Assembly: GCF_006345805.1 (NCBI RefSeq)
Contig: NC_043021.1
Span: 18,352,001-18,416,000 of the forward strand
Direction of reading: 5' to 3'
DNA length: 64,000 nucleotides
Origin: Octopus sinensis
Taxonomy: Eukaryota
Part shown: one piece after another, positions 1-12,794 of the stretch
How the letters are laid out: each line of letters opens with the position of its first letter
Numbering within the stretch: position 1 is the first letter of the stretch
Position numbers and translations under genes: made by a program
Notes under the pieces: generated by a model
The model's database searches: none
What the model was told of the DNA's origin: nothing
What the model saw: the letters and a program-made list of their open reading frames with translations, nothing else

Positions 1-1004
1 TTATTTGTTTCAATGTAGATGTACAGTGCGGATATGTACTTCCTATGTTTGTGTTGTGTGTATGTATGAGGTGTGTATGAGTATGTGTGTATGTGTAGTG
101 TTGTGTATGTTTACCTGAGTATGCACTTTTATGTCTTCTTGTTACTGTTGCCCCCCTCCCCCTTCCTGCCACACAGAAAAAAGTACCTGTAAAATAATGA
201 CGTTGGTACCCCACCCCACCTTCTTTCGTTGTAAATAATGATGAATTGGCAGAACCCTTAAAGCATTGGAGAAAACACCTTGCATTATTTGTTTCAGTTC
301 TTATATTTTGGGTTCAATTCTTGCTAAGGTCAAGTTTGCTTTTCATCCTTCTGGGGATCAGTAAAATTAAACACCAGTCAAGTATTGGGGCTGTTAGTAT
401 TGACTAAAACATAATTTTATTATTTTTTTTGTATCCTTAAGACAGAAATCTGGCAGAATTGTAAGCATTCCAGGCAAAACGCTTAGCTGCACTTTGCCAG
501 TCTTCACGTTCTGAGTTCAAATTTCACTGAAGGTGACTTTCATCCTTTTGTGGTGGGGTTGGTAAAATAAAGAACTACTCAAGCATCGGGGTCAATGTTA
601 TCAACTATTCTCTCTCTGCAAAATTTCAGACCTTGTGCCCATAGTAGAAAAGATTATTATTAATATTATTATTATTATTAATAATAAAATGGCTAGCTAG
701 TAGAATTGTCAGCATATTTGAAAAAATGCTCAGTGGCATTTCTTCTTATTCACATTCTGAGTTCAAATCCTGCCGAGGTCAACTTTGCCTTTCGCCCTTT
801 CATTGTAATTGACTTTCCCCATCCCCCTAAAATTGCTGACCTTGTGCCAAAATTTGAAGATTGTTATTATTATTATTATTATTATTATATTATTATTATT
901 ATTATTATTGTTATTATTATTATTATTATTATTATCACCAATAATAGTAAGTACTATTACAATATGGTCCCCTTGAACTAATACCCTGTCTTTGTCGGTG
1001 ACAG

Positions 1005-1102
1005 CAAGCCGGTGAGAAATTACAAAGTATGAGGTTCCAACTTCAACTTTCCACTGTCGAAGATCAGCGGTCACCAATTCTTCTGCTCCAAGAGAATGTC
1101 AG
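1005..1102 (+). CDS. BLTP2: BLTP2/KIAA0100/hobbit ortholog, window exon 1 (QAGEKLQSMRFQLQLSTVEDQRSPILLLQENVR); upstream exons lie outside the window
   Basis: acag| acceptor at 1003-1004, AG|gtaggt donor at 1103. The peptide resembles the recalled human KIAA0100 segment [27 protein letters not shown]. Phase 2 joins exon 2. Confidence 0.85.
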
Positions 1103-1529
1103 GTAGGTTATTATAGTTGTTGCTGTTGTTGTTTATAGTAATACATCATCTTCGTCATCGTCGGCATTGTCATCATCATCATCAATAATTTACTGGAACT
1201 TCTATTTTTCTGGTCATATTTCATGCCAAATATGCTGTCAGCGTGTTTCAGTTATATTTGAAATCAATCAATTTGTTTCCCTCGTTAAGACAGTGTTTCG
1301 AACATAATTTAGGAAAAGGTTCTTGCATAAAATTATGATGGAAGGTTTTTAATCTGAACAAGAATCTTTTAAAATGGGTAGTTCTCTATGTTGATGCCAC
1401 GGGTGGTCTCAGACAAGTAACCATTTTTGGTTCCATTCTAGAGATGTCAATAATTCTTTCATTTATGCATATTTTTTTCTGGCAAAGGCCACCACCTCCA
1501 AATACTTTTAAAAAATCTCATATATATTT

Positions 1530-2075
1530 TCTCCTCCTTTGTACGGCTACACCTCGAATACTGCTGCCCACTGTGGTCTCCCCATACAAGACAAAACATC
1601 TAGAGAATTGAATCACCCCAGAGGGCACTCACTAAACGAATTGAAGGCATGACTGCTCTCGATTATTGGGACTGCCTTAAAGCCTTGAAACTCTACTCTC
1701 TCCAGCGCTTCCGCGAGCGGTACATCATTTGTACGATGTGGAGAATATATACTGCCAACTTTGCCCAAATGACGTGAACATTAGTTTCAAGGTTCATCCA
1801 AGGCTGAGACCACAGACCATACGTCTCCTGCCCATTTCAGGATCACAGCATATAGGTACACTGCAACATAATTTCTTTTCCTCAACAGGCTCTGTCCTGT
1901 TTAACATTGTCCCGAAAGAAATCAAAGGGGAAAAGAATCCCATCACTTTTGAAAGGAATCTGGGAAAATTTCTTCTAGGAATACCAGATAAGCCACCTGT
2001 ATCTGGCTACAACTCACTCAGCAAGAACTCCCTACTCGAATGGACCATGTTACCACAAAACTTGACTTAAAAAAG
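1530..2075 (+). pseudogene. CR1/L2-clade LINE ORF2 C-terminal remnant
   Basis: Frameshifted LEYCCPLWSP...QRALTKRIEGM...LKLYSLQRFRERY...FERNLGKFLLGIPDKPPVSGY. Confidence 0.75.
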
Positions 2076-3043
2076 GATTTAGATAATCCTATCAGTTAGA
2101 CAAGGCCTGGACCAGTCTTTGGTCAAAACATATCTAAGTTTTATATATAGAGAGAAAGAGAGAGAAGTATCTCTCTGTAACTTGGGGGTACAAGTTCTGA
2201 CCCATCTCATCTTCACCATCTTTTCTGTCTCTCTCTCTCCCCCACCCTCTCCCCTACTCTCTCGCCACTCTCTCCCCCACTCTCTCCCTCCTCTCTCTCT
2301 GAAGCAGCCATGTTTCTTCTCCACTGTAAGACACCTTTTTCTGTCCCTCATTACTAATCCCCTTCTCTCAGTTGATTTGGTGACCTCACTGGTACTAGTG
2401 CCGCCTAAGAAGCACTCAATACACTCTGTCAAATGGTTGGCATAGAAACCAAGTCAAAGCAGACAGTAGAGGAACTTGATGCAGTCTTCTGAACTTACCA
2501 ATTCCAGTTGAACTGTCCAACTTATGCCAGCATGGAAAAGGGTATTAAATGATGATAGATACGTGTACACCTGTATGTGTATGAGCATGGTGGATGGCAG
2601 AATAAGTACTTTTTTTTTCTATCTCAATTTATGTTCTGAGTTTAAATCCTACCCATATCAGCTTTGTATTTCCTCCTTCCAAGGTCAATGAAATAAGTGA
2701 CAGTTTGCATGTAATGGTGCATGATATAATCAACATTAGTGCCCCAGCAAGGCCACTATCCAAAAGCTGAAACCAGTAAAAGAGTTAAAAGATATTCCCA
2801 TGAATGAAATATTTGGTTGGTTTGTGTTTGAGGAAAAGAAGTCTGGTGTGATGAAGGACGTTTGCATCAATGTTATATTAATAAAGAGGAATTAAGAATT
2901 AAAGTATTTGATGATAGTGATGATGATGATGGTGGTGGTGGTGGTAAGAGGATATTTTTATTGTTTATCATGTCAGAGTAGTTTTATTATGTTTTGTGGG
3001 GTTTTTTTTTCATTATCTTTCTTTGACCTTTGATATATTTCAG

Positions 3044-3130
3044 AAAACAAGTTCAAAAGCTGCGCAAACTGGAGAAGGACCTTTATATGATCCACAAGGC
3101 TCTTGAAGATGAGTGTGCTGATGCAGAAAG
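3044..3130 (+). CDS. BLTP2: BLTP2 window exon 2 (KQVQKLRKLEKDLYMIHKALEDECADAES)
   Basis: Pyrimidine tract + tttcag| acceptor, AG|gtctgt donor, phases 2/2 consistent with both neighbours. Resembles recalled human QIRQLEKQMYSIMKSLQDD. Confidence 0.85.
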
Positions 3131-4991
3131 GTCTGTGGTAGATGGAGATTGTACACACACACACACACACACATGTATACACATTCATTCATGCATGTAT
3201 AAATGTGTGTGTGTATATATAAAATTTAATTAGAGGATGTGTAAACCTCATCCTAGGAAATGCTGGCTCAACACCTAGTGTTTTAGGATATTGGGGAATT
3301 AATTTCCTTAAAATAATAGGTATATGTAAAAAAAAACATATAGTTTATATTCATTTAAAGGAAGAAAAGAAAATGGAGATTAAGAAGCTAATAATTGTTT
3401 ATTAACAGCAAATTGGTCATATTCACTTACAGCCGTTTCGATTAATGCTCTATAAACATTAAATTTACATTATGTGACATGAGCATAATTTCATCAGAGG
3501 TACATTTGGATGCTATGTGTGTGCTTATGAATTCATTTTAGGAGACTAAAATAAATTCGTTTTTAGTCTGTTGCTAAAATGAATTTTAACAGACATACAT
3601 AAAGAGGTTTTTTTCAGGTCTAGAAACGAGACCATCCAAACACACACGCACACACACACACACACGCATACACAGTGTTTAAGTAGAACAGTGAAACTAT
3701 GCAACACATTTATGGAAATTCAACATTTTGGTTATAGACTGTGGTTATTATATAAAGTTGCAATGATGGGGGTTTGTTTGTTTATTGGAAATAGAACAGG
3801 GATTTATTGGAAGAATTCAAAGTATTAGGAGGAGATCCATACAAATATACATTTATACACCCTGCAGAGGACAGACATATTGGCATACAAATCCTATTGC
3901 CTGGGGTTAATAATAAAAAAAAAAACTGGGCTTACAAAGAATAAGTCCCGGGGTCAAGTTGCTCGATTAAAGGTGGTGCTCCAGCATGGCCGCAGTCAAA
4001 ATGACTGAAACAAGTAAAAAGAAAAAGAGAGTTTTGGACAATTTCATTTGAAAACCAATCCCCAACCACAGGGCAGACAAATAGATAAAGATTGGAAATT
4101 ATAGTTGTGATCTCTGTGCCGGTGGCATGTAAAAAGCACCATATGAACGTGGCCGATGCCAGCACCACCTTCACTGGCTTCCATGCTGGTGGCATGTATA
4201 AAGCACCAACCGGTTGTTGCCAGCCCCCTCTGGCCCCTGTACCAGTGACACGTAAAAAGCACACACTACACTCTCGGAGTGGTTGGCGTTAGGAATGGCA
4301 TCCAGCTGTAGAAACACTGCCAGATCAGACTTGAGCCTGGTGCAGCCTCCTGGTTTCCCAGACCCCAGTCAAACTGTCCAATCCATGCCAGCATGGAAAA
4401 CGGACGTTAAACGATGATGATGTATTAAGTTGATCCCTTATATTTTTCCTCTGTGTTATGAGACAAAATATGAAGCGTTTAAAGAAGAATATTTTGTAAG
4501 ATCATGGCAGCAAAGTTTCATTCAATATTTTCTCTGTAAACAATGTTTGCAGTTAATCCTATATAAATAGATGTGAGGTGGGGGTGGATGTAGGTAAGAG
4601 TTGTTTCCCTTCCTTTCTCTCCACTAATTATCAACCAAGACTGGCAATGAACTGAATGGAAGAGCCCTGAAGGGAATCTCTTTGTCAGTGGGTCTCAATC
4701 ATTTGATCCAGCTGGGATTGAACAGGTCCCAGCTTACATCTCAATGACTACAAGCTGTGGCTCTGCCCTTTCTGTGTAATCTTATCACACAAAATCATAG
4801 TGATTACAATTAGGGAGTAATTATTCAGCCATACTGAAATACAAATGAACTGACACGTGGATATATGTATATATATATAATATATATATATAACGGGAAA
4901 GTTTACGAAAATAAACGAAAGACGAAGGCAGGTGGAGTACAAACAAACAAATGTATTAGTATAGCGCTCAGGAATAGAAATAGAAAAAGTC

Positions 4992-5026
4992 GTTTACATT
5001 TCGAGCCTACGCTCTTCGACAGAAAG
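4992..5026 (-). ncRNA. Degenerate hammerhead-like motif
   Basis: CTTT-CTGTCGA-A-GAGC-GTAG-GCTC-GAA-ATGT-A-AAC; core A6U and weak stem I. Lies in a ~200-bp element between (TA)n tracts (4890-5088). Confidence 0.4.
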
Positions 5027-5087
5027 ATACACAGAAAAAAACAAGGAGAGAAAAAAATGCGTGTAGGAGCTAACAATCTATTATGGC

Positions 5088-5136
<49 letters not shown>

Positions 5137-5139
<3 letters not shown>

Positions 5140-5400
5140 CTCTTCAATATCCTTCCTAAATGCCTGAGAGACCTGCATGGTGTGGATGTGGGTTTCTTTA
5201 AAACTAAACTGGATCTCTTCTTGACAGGGGTTCCAGATGAACCTACCTCTCGGCAGGAAACAGAGATGCGGGCAGCGGTGTCGAACTCCCTAGTTGATCA
5301 AGTGCCACGTATCAGAGGTGGTTTCACATACTAGTGTAGCTCATTCAACGGTGCTGCCCCAGCATGGCCGCAGCTTTTGAGCTGAAACATTTTTAGGGAT
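5137..5400 (+). mobile_element. CR1/L2-clade LINE 3' end
   Basis: QLFNILPKCLRDLHGVDVGFFKTKLDLFLTGVPDEP followed by a 3' UTR-like segment. Confidence 0.7.
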
Positions 5401-5657
5401 TTAAGGATATATATGGGAGGGTTCTCACGAACTAACCCTGAAATCGGTCCGATATGGTAATAATGGAATTTTTTAGAAATTTCTGTCGGCTTTTTTTCGA
5501 GTAGCGTGCATATTGTGATAAATTATATGGTAATGGACAATATGTCCAATTTTCGGCATATTTGGCATTAGAAATTTTTTCATTTGCCCTTATTTATAAG
5601 TTGTTTATAATTTTAACCTTTAAAGGTATTTTTTTGATAAAAAAATTTATCGTACAT

Positions 5658-5724
<67 letters not shown>

Positions 5725-5985
5725 CAGGGTAAGCACATAAATGTGAAACAAGGTGGAAAAAATTCCGGAGGCAGAGTAATATGCTTTCTTAATAAAACTG
5801 CAAAGACATCACAAAAACAGTTTTTGTGATGTTTTTGCAGCTTTATTAATAAAGTATATGTCTGAAATATTGCTGATTTCTTATTTTCTGCTATACATTG
5901 CCATAGCAACAGATGCATTGTCAGCTCCCAGGGGTGGGGTAACACTACTTCCTATCTTAATATCTTTGTTTTGTATATTTTACAG

Positions 5986-6078
5986 CTTACACCAACAGAG
6001 CAAAATAGTGGAGATGCACCTGTTTGAGTGTAAAGAACAAATCAATGGCTACAATGAGGAACTAACCATACGTATCAG
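5986..6078 (+). CDS. BLTP2: BLTP2 window exon 3 (LHQQSKIVEMHLFECKEQINGYNEELTIRIS), ending at a GC donor
   Basis: tttacag| acceptor; ends AG|gcaagt. Only this end keeps phase 2 with the exon at 12795. Resembles recalled human ESEELNILIR. Confidence 0.82.
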
Positions 6079-6084
6079 GCAAGT
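6079..6084 (+). promoter_or_regulatory. Non-canonical GC 5' splice site (AG|GCAAGT) of intron 6079-12794
   Basis: Otherwise consensus donor (CAG|GCAAGT); required for frame continuity. Confidence 0.78.
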
Positions 6085-6139
6085 TGCTCTTCATGTTTTC
6101 TTGTATTGGTCATAGTGAAGGTGGTGTTGGTCATGGTGG

Positions 6140-6372
6140 AAGGCGGCGAGCTGGCAGAAATGTTAGCACACCGGGCGAAATGCGTAGCTGTATTTCAACT
6201 GCCGTTATGTTCTGAGTTCAAATTCCGCCGAGGTCGACTTTGCCTTTCATCCTTTCGAGGTTGATAAATTAAGTACCAGTTACGCACTGGGGTCGATGTA
6301 ATCGACTTAATCCCTTTGTCTGTCCTTGTTTGTCCCCTCTGTGTTTAGCCCCTTGTGGGTCGTAAAGAAATA
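6140..6372 (+). mobile_element. tRNA-derived SINE family A (~230 bp). Other copies: 11760-11990 minus, 19904-20136, 21101-21331 minus, 23605-23838, 28410-28640, 44198-44430, 44435-44650, 45986-46215
   Basis: Head ggcggcgagctggcagaa...gagttcaaattcc (A/B-box-like). TSDs: 17 bp ggtgttggtcatggtgg here, 15 bp at 19889/20137, 11-12 bp at 21090/21332, ~19 bp at 45967/46216. Confidence 0.85.
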
Positions 6373-8293
6373 GGTGTTGGTCATGGTGGTGCTGATAATT
6401 GTGGACGAGTGGCTGTAATGTTTGTAGTGATGATAAAAACAGTGGAGTCATGTTTGTCTTGGGTGATGATGGTGGGGTAGCTCTTGTTGTCATGGGGTTG
6501 ATGTTGGTGATGACAGTGAGGGTAGAAGTGGTGGTGATTGTGGTGGTAATGGTGGTGACGACAGTAAGGTGAAATGCTGGTATTTGCAGTGGTAGTTTTT
6601 GTCTGATTCATGGGCCACAACCACGGTGCACATGTCTGTGTTAGTCTCTGTCTCTTAGAGCATGCCCTGAATTGGGTAGTGCTTTTCTGCATTTGTGCTG
6701 GTGACACGTAAAAGGCACTATCCAAACGTGATCAATGCCAGTGCCACCTGACTGGCTGGCATGTAAAAGCACCCACTACACTCCCGGAGTGGTTGGTGTT
6801 AGGAAGGGCATCCAGCTGTAGAAACTCTGCCAGATCAAGACTGGAGCCTGGTGCAGCCATCTGGTTCGCCAGCCCACAGTCAAACTGTCCAACCCATGCT
6901 AGCTTGGAAAGCGGACATTAAACGACGATGATGATGATATATATATATATATATACACACAGTGTCAAACTCTAATTGTGGAGGGAACCTGTGGAAGGGG
7001 TAGAGCCAGGAAGATGTGGGATGTAGTGGTGAGAAAGGATCTTTGGATACTGGGCCTCACTGAGGAAATGCCAAGGGGCCGGGAGACATAGCGATTTGCT
7101 GTATTTGATAAGATGTGTCAAGCTGAGTAAAATGACCATCTTCCATACATACAGAGGCTTGTTCTTTCAGGTGCCAGTGCCACATAAAAGACACCTCTGT
7201 GCTGGTGCTGCATTTGTGCTAGTGGCACATAAAGGGCACTCAGCAAAACTCTGCTAAGTGGTTGGCATTAGGAAGGGTATCCACTCGTAGAAACCATGCC
7301 ACAACTGGGATCTGGCTAGCTCCATCTCAAACTGTCCAATCTATGCCAGCATAGAAAATGGACATATATAATAGAGGACAGTTAATTGTATACACACACA
7401 CACACACCTTCTTTCAGTTTATTTAGTAGCAGTTCTAGTTCTTCAGTTGTTCTGTGAAGAATTATGAGCTTCAGTTCAATGAGGGACGTCATAGATTCCC
7501 CATCATGCATTTTGTTGACATTTTCTGCCCCTTTTTACTTTCTCTGGCAATTTCCCCAATCCTGCCCACTTTTTACATCCTCTTAATCAGCACACGGGGT
7601 GGTGCTGGCTCTTGCCACATGACCTGCACAATTGATTTGTTTATCATGATCAAATGTTCATGCCACACATTAGCTCACCTGTCCCACCATCAAATCGATA
7701 TTGTTTGAACAGGTGTCACTGTGTACCATGCATCAGGTGTTGAAGTGATTGCAACATACATATATATCATCATCATCATCATATATAAATATGTATGTAT
7801 ATATATATACACACACACACACACATATATTTGTGAAAGAGGACATAACAAGCACCTCAAGTCACATACATCATTTTATATTATTCTTAAATAATATAAA
7901 ATGTTGTGTGTGGCTTGAGATGCTTGTTATGCTTCGGCACTTGTTCTCCTCTTTCACAAATACATACCTTTTTAAATTGGAAACCTAAAATGAACCCAAA
8001 GCTCCCATCTCAGTTATGAGCTTGGAACCCTGATAATCCGTTACAGCACTTACCCAGCATACCTATTTGTTTTGATCACCAATGAACTAAACTCCCATAC
8101 TCTGTTTGCATATATATATATATATACAGGAGTGGCTGTGTGGTAAGTAGCTTGCTAACCAACCACATGGTTCCAGGTTCAGTCCCACTGCATGGCATCT
8201 TGGGCAAGTGTCTTCTGCTATAGCCCCAGGCCGACCAATGCCTTGTGAGTGGATTTGGTAGACGGAAACTGAAAGAAGCCTGTCATATATATG

Positions 8294-8324
<31 letters not shown>

Positions 8325-10960
8325 ATGTGTGTGTGTTTGTGTATGTGTGTTTGTACCCCTAGCATTGCTTGACAACCGATGCTGGTGTGTTTACGTCCCC
8401 GTCACTTAGCGGTTCAGCAAAAGAGACCGATAGAATAAGTACTGGGCTTACAAAGAATAAGTCCCGGGGTCGATTTGCTCTACTAAAGGCGGTGCTCCAG
8501 CATGGCTGCAGTCAAATGACTGAAACAAGTAAAAGAGTATATATATATACATAAATGTTATATAATATTATACACACACAGTGAGGTGTTCTCTATTATA
8601 TACATTGTATACACACAGTCAAGTGTCTTTATAGTGTGTGATGTGAAACCTGACAAACTGGAACAAATTGATCTTGAGTGATTGACTGCAATAAACAACA
8701 CTGGACGTCTCTGTTAAACAGAGCAAAATTCAGGCAAAGTGAGCACACTGCAAAAACCATTGTTCTGTCATGTGAGAGAATTTATTTAAATTTGCTGTTT
8801 GTTTGTTGTGTGTGGGTGTATGTATGTATATATTTGTATACACACACATACATCACTTCGAGTCAGACTGACCCTATTTCTCCTCTCCCGTTCACACGAC
8901 CACAAACCTCCCAAATGTGGCTTGTTTTATCGCAATGTACCCAGAAATGATCATCACCACCACCACCACTGCTACAACCACCATTACCGTTAATATAACC
9001 CTCCACACTCCCACCACTGCAACTACCGACACTACACCCACGCCTACAACCACCATCACCACCACTACAACCTTCACACCACCACCACTACTAACAACAA
9101 CTCTTCTAGTTCTACTGCAATCTAAATATTGTTGTTCCAAACATCACCACTTCACCACCATTGTGCAACTTTCTACTTGAAGTTACTTCTATATAGTTGC
9201 TTGAGCTGCTAGAAATAACAGCAAATCTACCTCAAATCGCACTCAGCTTTCTTAAAATGGATGCTTACTTTGAACTATATAGTTAAAAATATTTGAAATG
9301 GTTGGATGGTCATGACTGGAACGTCTTTGATCCAAGGTCATTTAGATGTGCAGTGTGTCCTTCCTGTTTCTAAAATGGTAAGATGTGATGTGAGAGAAAT
9401 TTTGCTGCTCTTTCCAGCAGGTGAAGAAACCTAATAGACACCCTCTTGATGAACTGACTGAGGGTAATGTTGTTGCTGTTTAACTGAAAGTCTGATTTAA
9501 TTGGGCAGACACATCATCAGCCAAAGGCATTCCAGCCATGCCTGTCCTGTCTTTTTCAGAAATTTAGAACTATATTAGATCACAATGCCAAGAGGGCAGG
9601 AGGTGATTTGAAGGAATTTGGTTGCTGTCTCTAGCAGATCAGGTGTCTGTGTAGAGACACACTCTGAATCAACTGGGACAATTTAGAACAATATCATGTT
9701 CTGTCCCAGAAACATAATGAAGCCCCTACAGTGGGACTGAACTCCTAAAACAAGGAACATGATGCCCAGTACTTGATCCAGTTGTGTCATTTGGCCCTTT
9801 AGCATGCTCCCTACAACCCCAGCCACTTGAAGGAACACACCACGTTTTTACAATGGATGGGCTGTTGTCTGACCTGCTAGAAATAACAGCCAAATATTCA
9901 TTAAATCACTCCTTACTCTCTCAAAAATGACGATACCGAAAGTGACATTAGATAATGTTGTATTTTGTAGATCAGTGGTTCTCATTTGGGGTCCTTGTGA
10001 CCTTTGGGAGGGTCCATATAAGCTTTTGTTGTTTATATGCAATATATTGGTTATACTTCAATGCACAAAATATTTTAAAAGTCCCCAAGTCCTAATATCT
10101 GTGCCGGTGGCACGTAAAAAGCACCATCTGACCGTGGCCATTTCCCAGCCTCGTCTGGCACGTAAAAAGCACCCACTACACTCACGGAGTGGTTGGCCTT
10201 AGGAAGGGCATCCAGCCGTAGAAACACTGCCAGATCAGACTGGGCCTGGTGCAGCCTTCTGGCCTCCCAGACCCCAGTTGAACTGTCCAACCCATGCCAG
10301 CATGGAAAGCGGACGCTAAATGATGATGATGATGATATAATAAAAATAATAGGATTTTTAAAACCTCAAATGGATAGGGGAGCAGGGTCCACACCTGTAA
10401 ATTAGTAATCAAAAGGATTCATAGAAAAAAAAATTGTTGAGATCCACTGATTTAGATAATGTGTATAATAATGTCTGATAACTGAAAAGATGGAAAACAG
10501 GATGGTCATTGCTGGAGTGACTTTTGATCATGTTTCTACTAAATCAGGCGACGGTACCCAGGATTAAACAGCGACAATTATTTAGTATTTAATGGAAGCA
10601 AAATTAGTTCTTTTGTACAACTGACCTAAATTTTATCCTTCTGCAGCTACAAAAGCAATTTCAAGTTTTTCTTTGAAAAAATACTTCATTAATACAAAAG
10701 ATTTCTCTCACCCACACACACACACTCTCTCTTTCTTAACTTTCTTAAATCGCTTTCTCTTTTTCACACACACACACACATGCATGTATATATATATCAT
10801 CATCATCGTTTAACATCCGTTTTTCCATGCTGGCATGGGTTGGACGGTTCAACTGAGGTCTGGGAAGCCAGGAGGCTGCACCAGGCCCCAATCTGATATG
10901 GCAGTGTTTCTACAACTGGATGCCCTTCCTAATGCCAACCACTCCGAGAGTGTAGTGGGT

Positions 10961-11283
10961 GCTTTTTATATGCCATTGGCATGGGGGCCAGAGGAGCTGG
11001 CATCAGCCACGATTGGATGGTGCTTTTTATATGCCATTGGCATGGGGGCCAGAGGAGCTGGCATCAGCCACGATTGGATGGTGCTTTTTATGTGCCATTG
11101 GCATGGGGGCCAGAGGAGCTGGCATCAGCCACGATTGGATGGTGCTTTTTATATGCCATTGGCATGGGGGCCAGAGGAGCTGGCATCAGCCACGATTGGA
11201 TGGTGCTTTTTATGTGCCATTGGCATGGGGGCCAGAGGAGCTGGCATCAGCCACGATTGGATGGTGCTTTTTATGTGCCACCA
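10961..11283. repeat. 61-bp tandem repeat, ~5.3 near-identical copies, inside an RTE 3' UTR copy
   Basis: Unit ggtgctttttatrtgccattggcatgggggccagaggagctggcatcagccacgattggat; shifts 1 nt per 60-nt line. Confidence 0.92.
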
Positions 11284-11723
11284 GCACAGAAGCCAGTCAA
11301 GGCAGCATACACAAGTTTTTATCATTCTCTCATTATTTATTTTCTCATTCCTTTCTGTTGAAGAGCGTAGTCTTGAAAAATAAATGACTTGTTCTTTTTC
11401 CCAAGCATCAAACTAATATACTTGCTAATACACCTGTCTTCATCTTTAGATTTTCTGTCAATTTCAACTATGTACCTGGCACCTGTGCAGGTGGCACGTA
11501 AAAAGCACCCACTACACTCACGGAGTGGTTGGCGTTAGGAAGGGCCTCAACCCATGCTAGCATGGAAAACGGATGCTAAATGATGATGATGATGATATAT
11601 ATATATATTTATATATACCAGAGTAAACACATAAATGTGAAACAAGGTGGAAAAAAGAGTACTCAAATACCAGTGGTAGAGTAATATGCTTTATTTGAAG
11701 CATTTTCTGCTGCTTTAAATAAA

Positions 11724-11761
<38 letters not shown>

Positions 11762-12007
11762 CTTTACTGCCCACAAGGGGCTAAACACAGACGGGACAAA
11801 TAAGGACAGACGAACGGATTAAGTCGATTATATCGACCCCAGTGTGTAACTGGTACTTAATTTATCGACCCCGAAAGGATGAAAGGCAAAGTCGACCTCG
11901 GCGGAATTTGAACTCGGAACGTGACGACAGACGAAATACAGCTACGCATTTCGCCCAGCGTGCTAACGTTTCTGCCAGCTCGCCGCCTAAATATATATAT
12001 ATATATA

Positions 12008-12216
12008 GTTAATCCAAACATGAAAACACAAAGGGAAAACACAGCAACGTGAGGACGTGGAACAAGTATAGTATTATTGGACGCTCAGGAAGGAAGGGAA
12101 GAAGGAGGGTCTAACGTTTCGAGCGGAGCTCTTCGTCAGAAACATAGGAAAAGGAAAGATCCAAAGAAGGGAAGACGGAGGAAAAAAAAATTGCCAACGG
12201 TACACACGTGGTCACA
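12008..12216 (-). mobile_element. ~210-bp (TA)n-anchored, hammerhead-bearing element (Penelope-like pseudo-LTR candidate)
   Basis: Reverse complement of 27328-27536; one end merges into a (TA)n tract; carries the hammerhead motif. Confidence 0.55.
12109..12143 (-). ncRNA. Minimal type I hammerhead ribozyme motif with intact core
   Basis: Minus strand reads GTTT-CTGACGA-A-GAGC-TCC-GCTC-GAA-ACGT-T-AGAC: CUGANGA core, stem II, GAAA, palindromic stem III, GUU site, stem I GTTT/AGAC. Confidence 0.65.
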
Positions 12217-12312
12217 AGTGCCAACATATTTGTTTGGTTAAGAAGTTCATTTCAAAACCACAAGATTTTGGGATTCGATCCTTCCCTTTCTCTCTCCATC
12301 ATTCTCTGTGTG

Positions 12313-12640
12313 TGTGCATAGCTTAGTGGTTAGTGTATTCGGCTCACGATTGTAAGGTCATGAGTTCAATTCCCAGCAATGTGTTGTTTCCTTGAGCAAG
12401 ACACTTTATTTCACACTGCTCCAGTCCACTCAGTTGGTAAAGATGAATAGTACCTGTAATTCAATGGGGGCCAGCCTTGTCGCATTCTGTGTCACACTGG
12501 AATCTCCTTGAGAACTACTTTAAGGATTACATGTGTCTGTGGAGTGCTCAGCCACTTGCACGTTAATCTCACAAGCAGGCTGTTCCGTTGATTGGATCAA
12601 CTGCAACATGTGTTGTCATCACCAACAGGCAGAGTGCCAG
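12313..12640 (+). mobile_element. tRNA-head SINE family C (inverted copy ~20490-20815)
   Basis: A-box tagcttagtgg, B-box gagttcaattcc, central ccttgagcaagacacttt...ctgctccagtccactcag domain. Confidence 0.72.
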
Positions 12641-12794
12641 CTACATGTACAAATCGATATCACTTTGGTGTGTTTTGTTTTGCTGCATGTTGTTTGTATT
12701 GTTGTTGTTTGATTTTGAGATAATAATCCTTAATCTGATATATGTCTTTCCTCCTGAAACTAACGTCTTATCTTTTTTTGCTTCTCTGTTCCAG

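Noticed and set aside
706-1077. ORFs with poly-Y/I/N and other homopolymer or dipeptide ORFs across the window
   Set aside because: Translations of (ATT)n, (TA)n, (CA)n and (CAT)n microsatellites and SINEs.
10835-11387. Three overlapping 126-182-aa ORFs with repeated peptides
   Set aside because: They result from the 61-bp tandem repeat cycling through frames inside a LINE UTR.
12313-12385. tRNA-like sequence with A and B boxes
   Set aside because: It continues directly into a SINE body and I could not fold a complete cloverleaf; it is a SINE head, as are the other tRNA-like heads.
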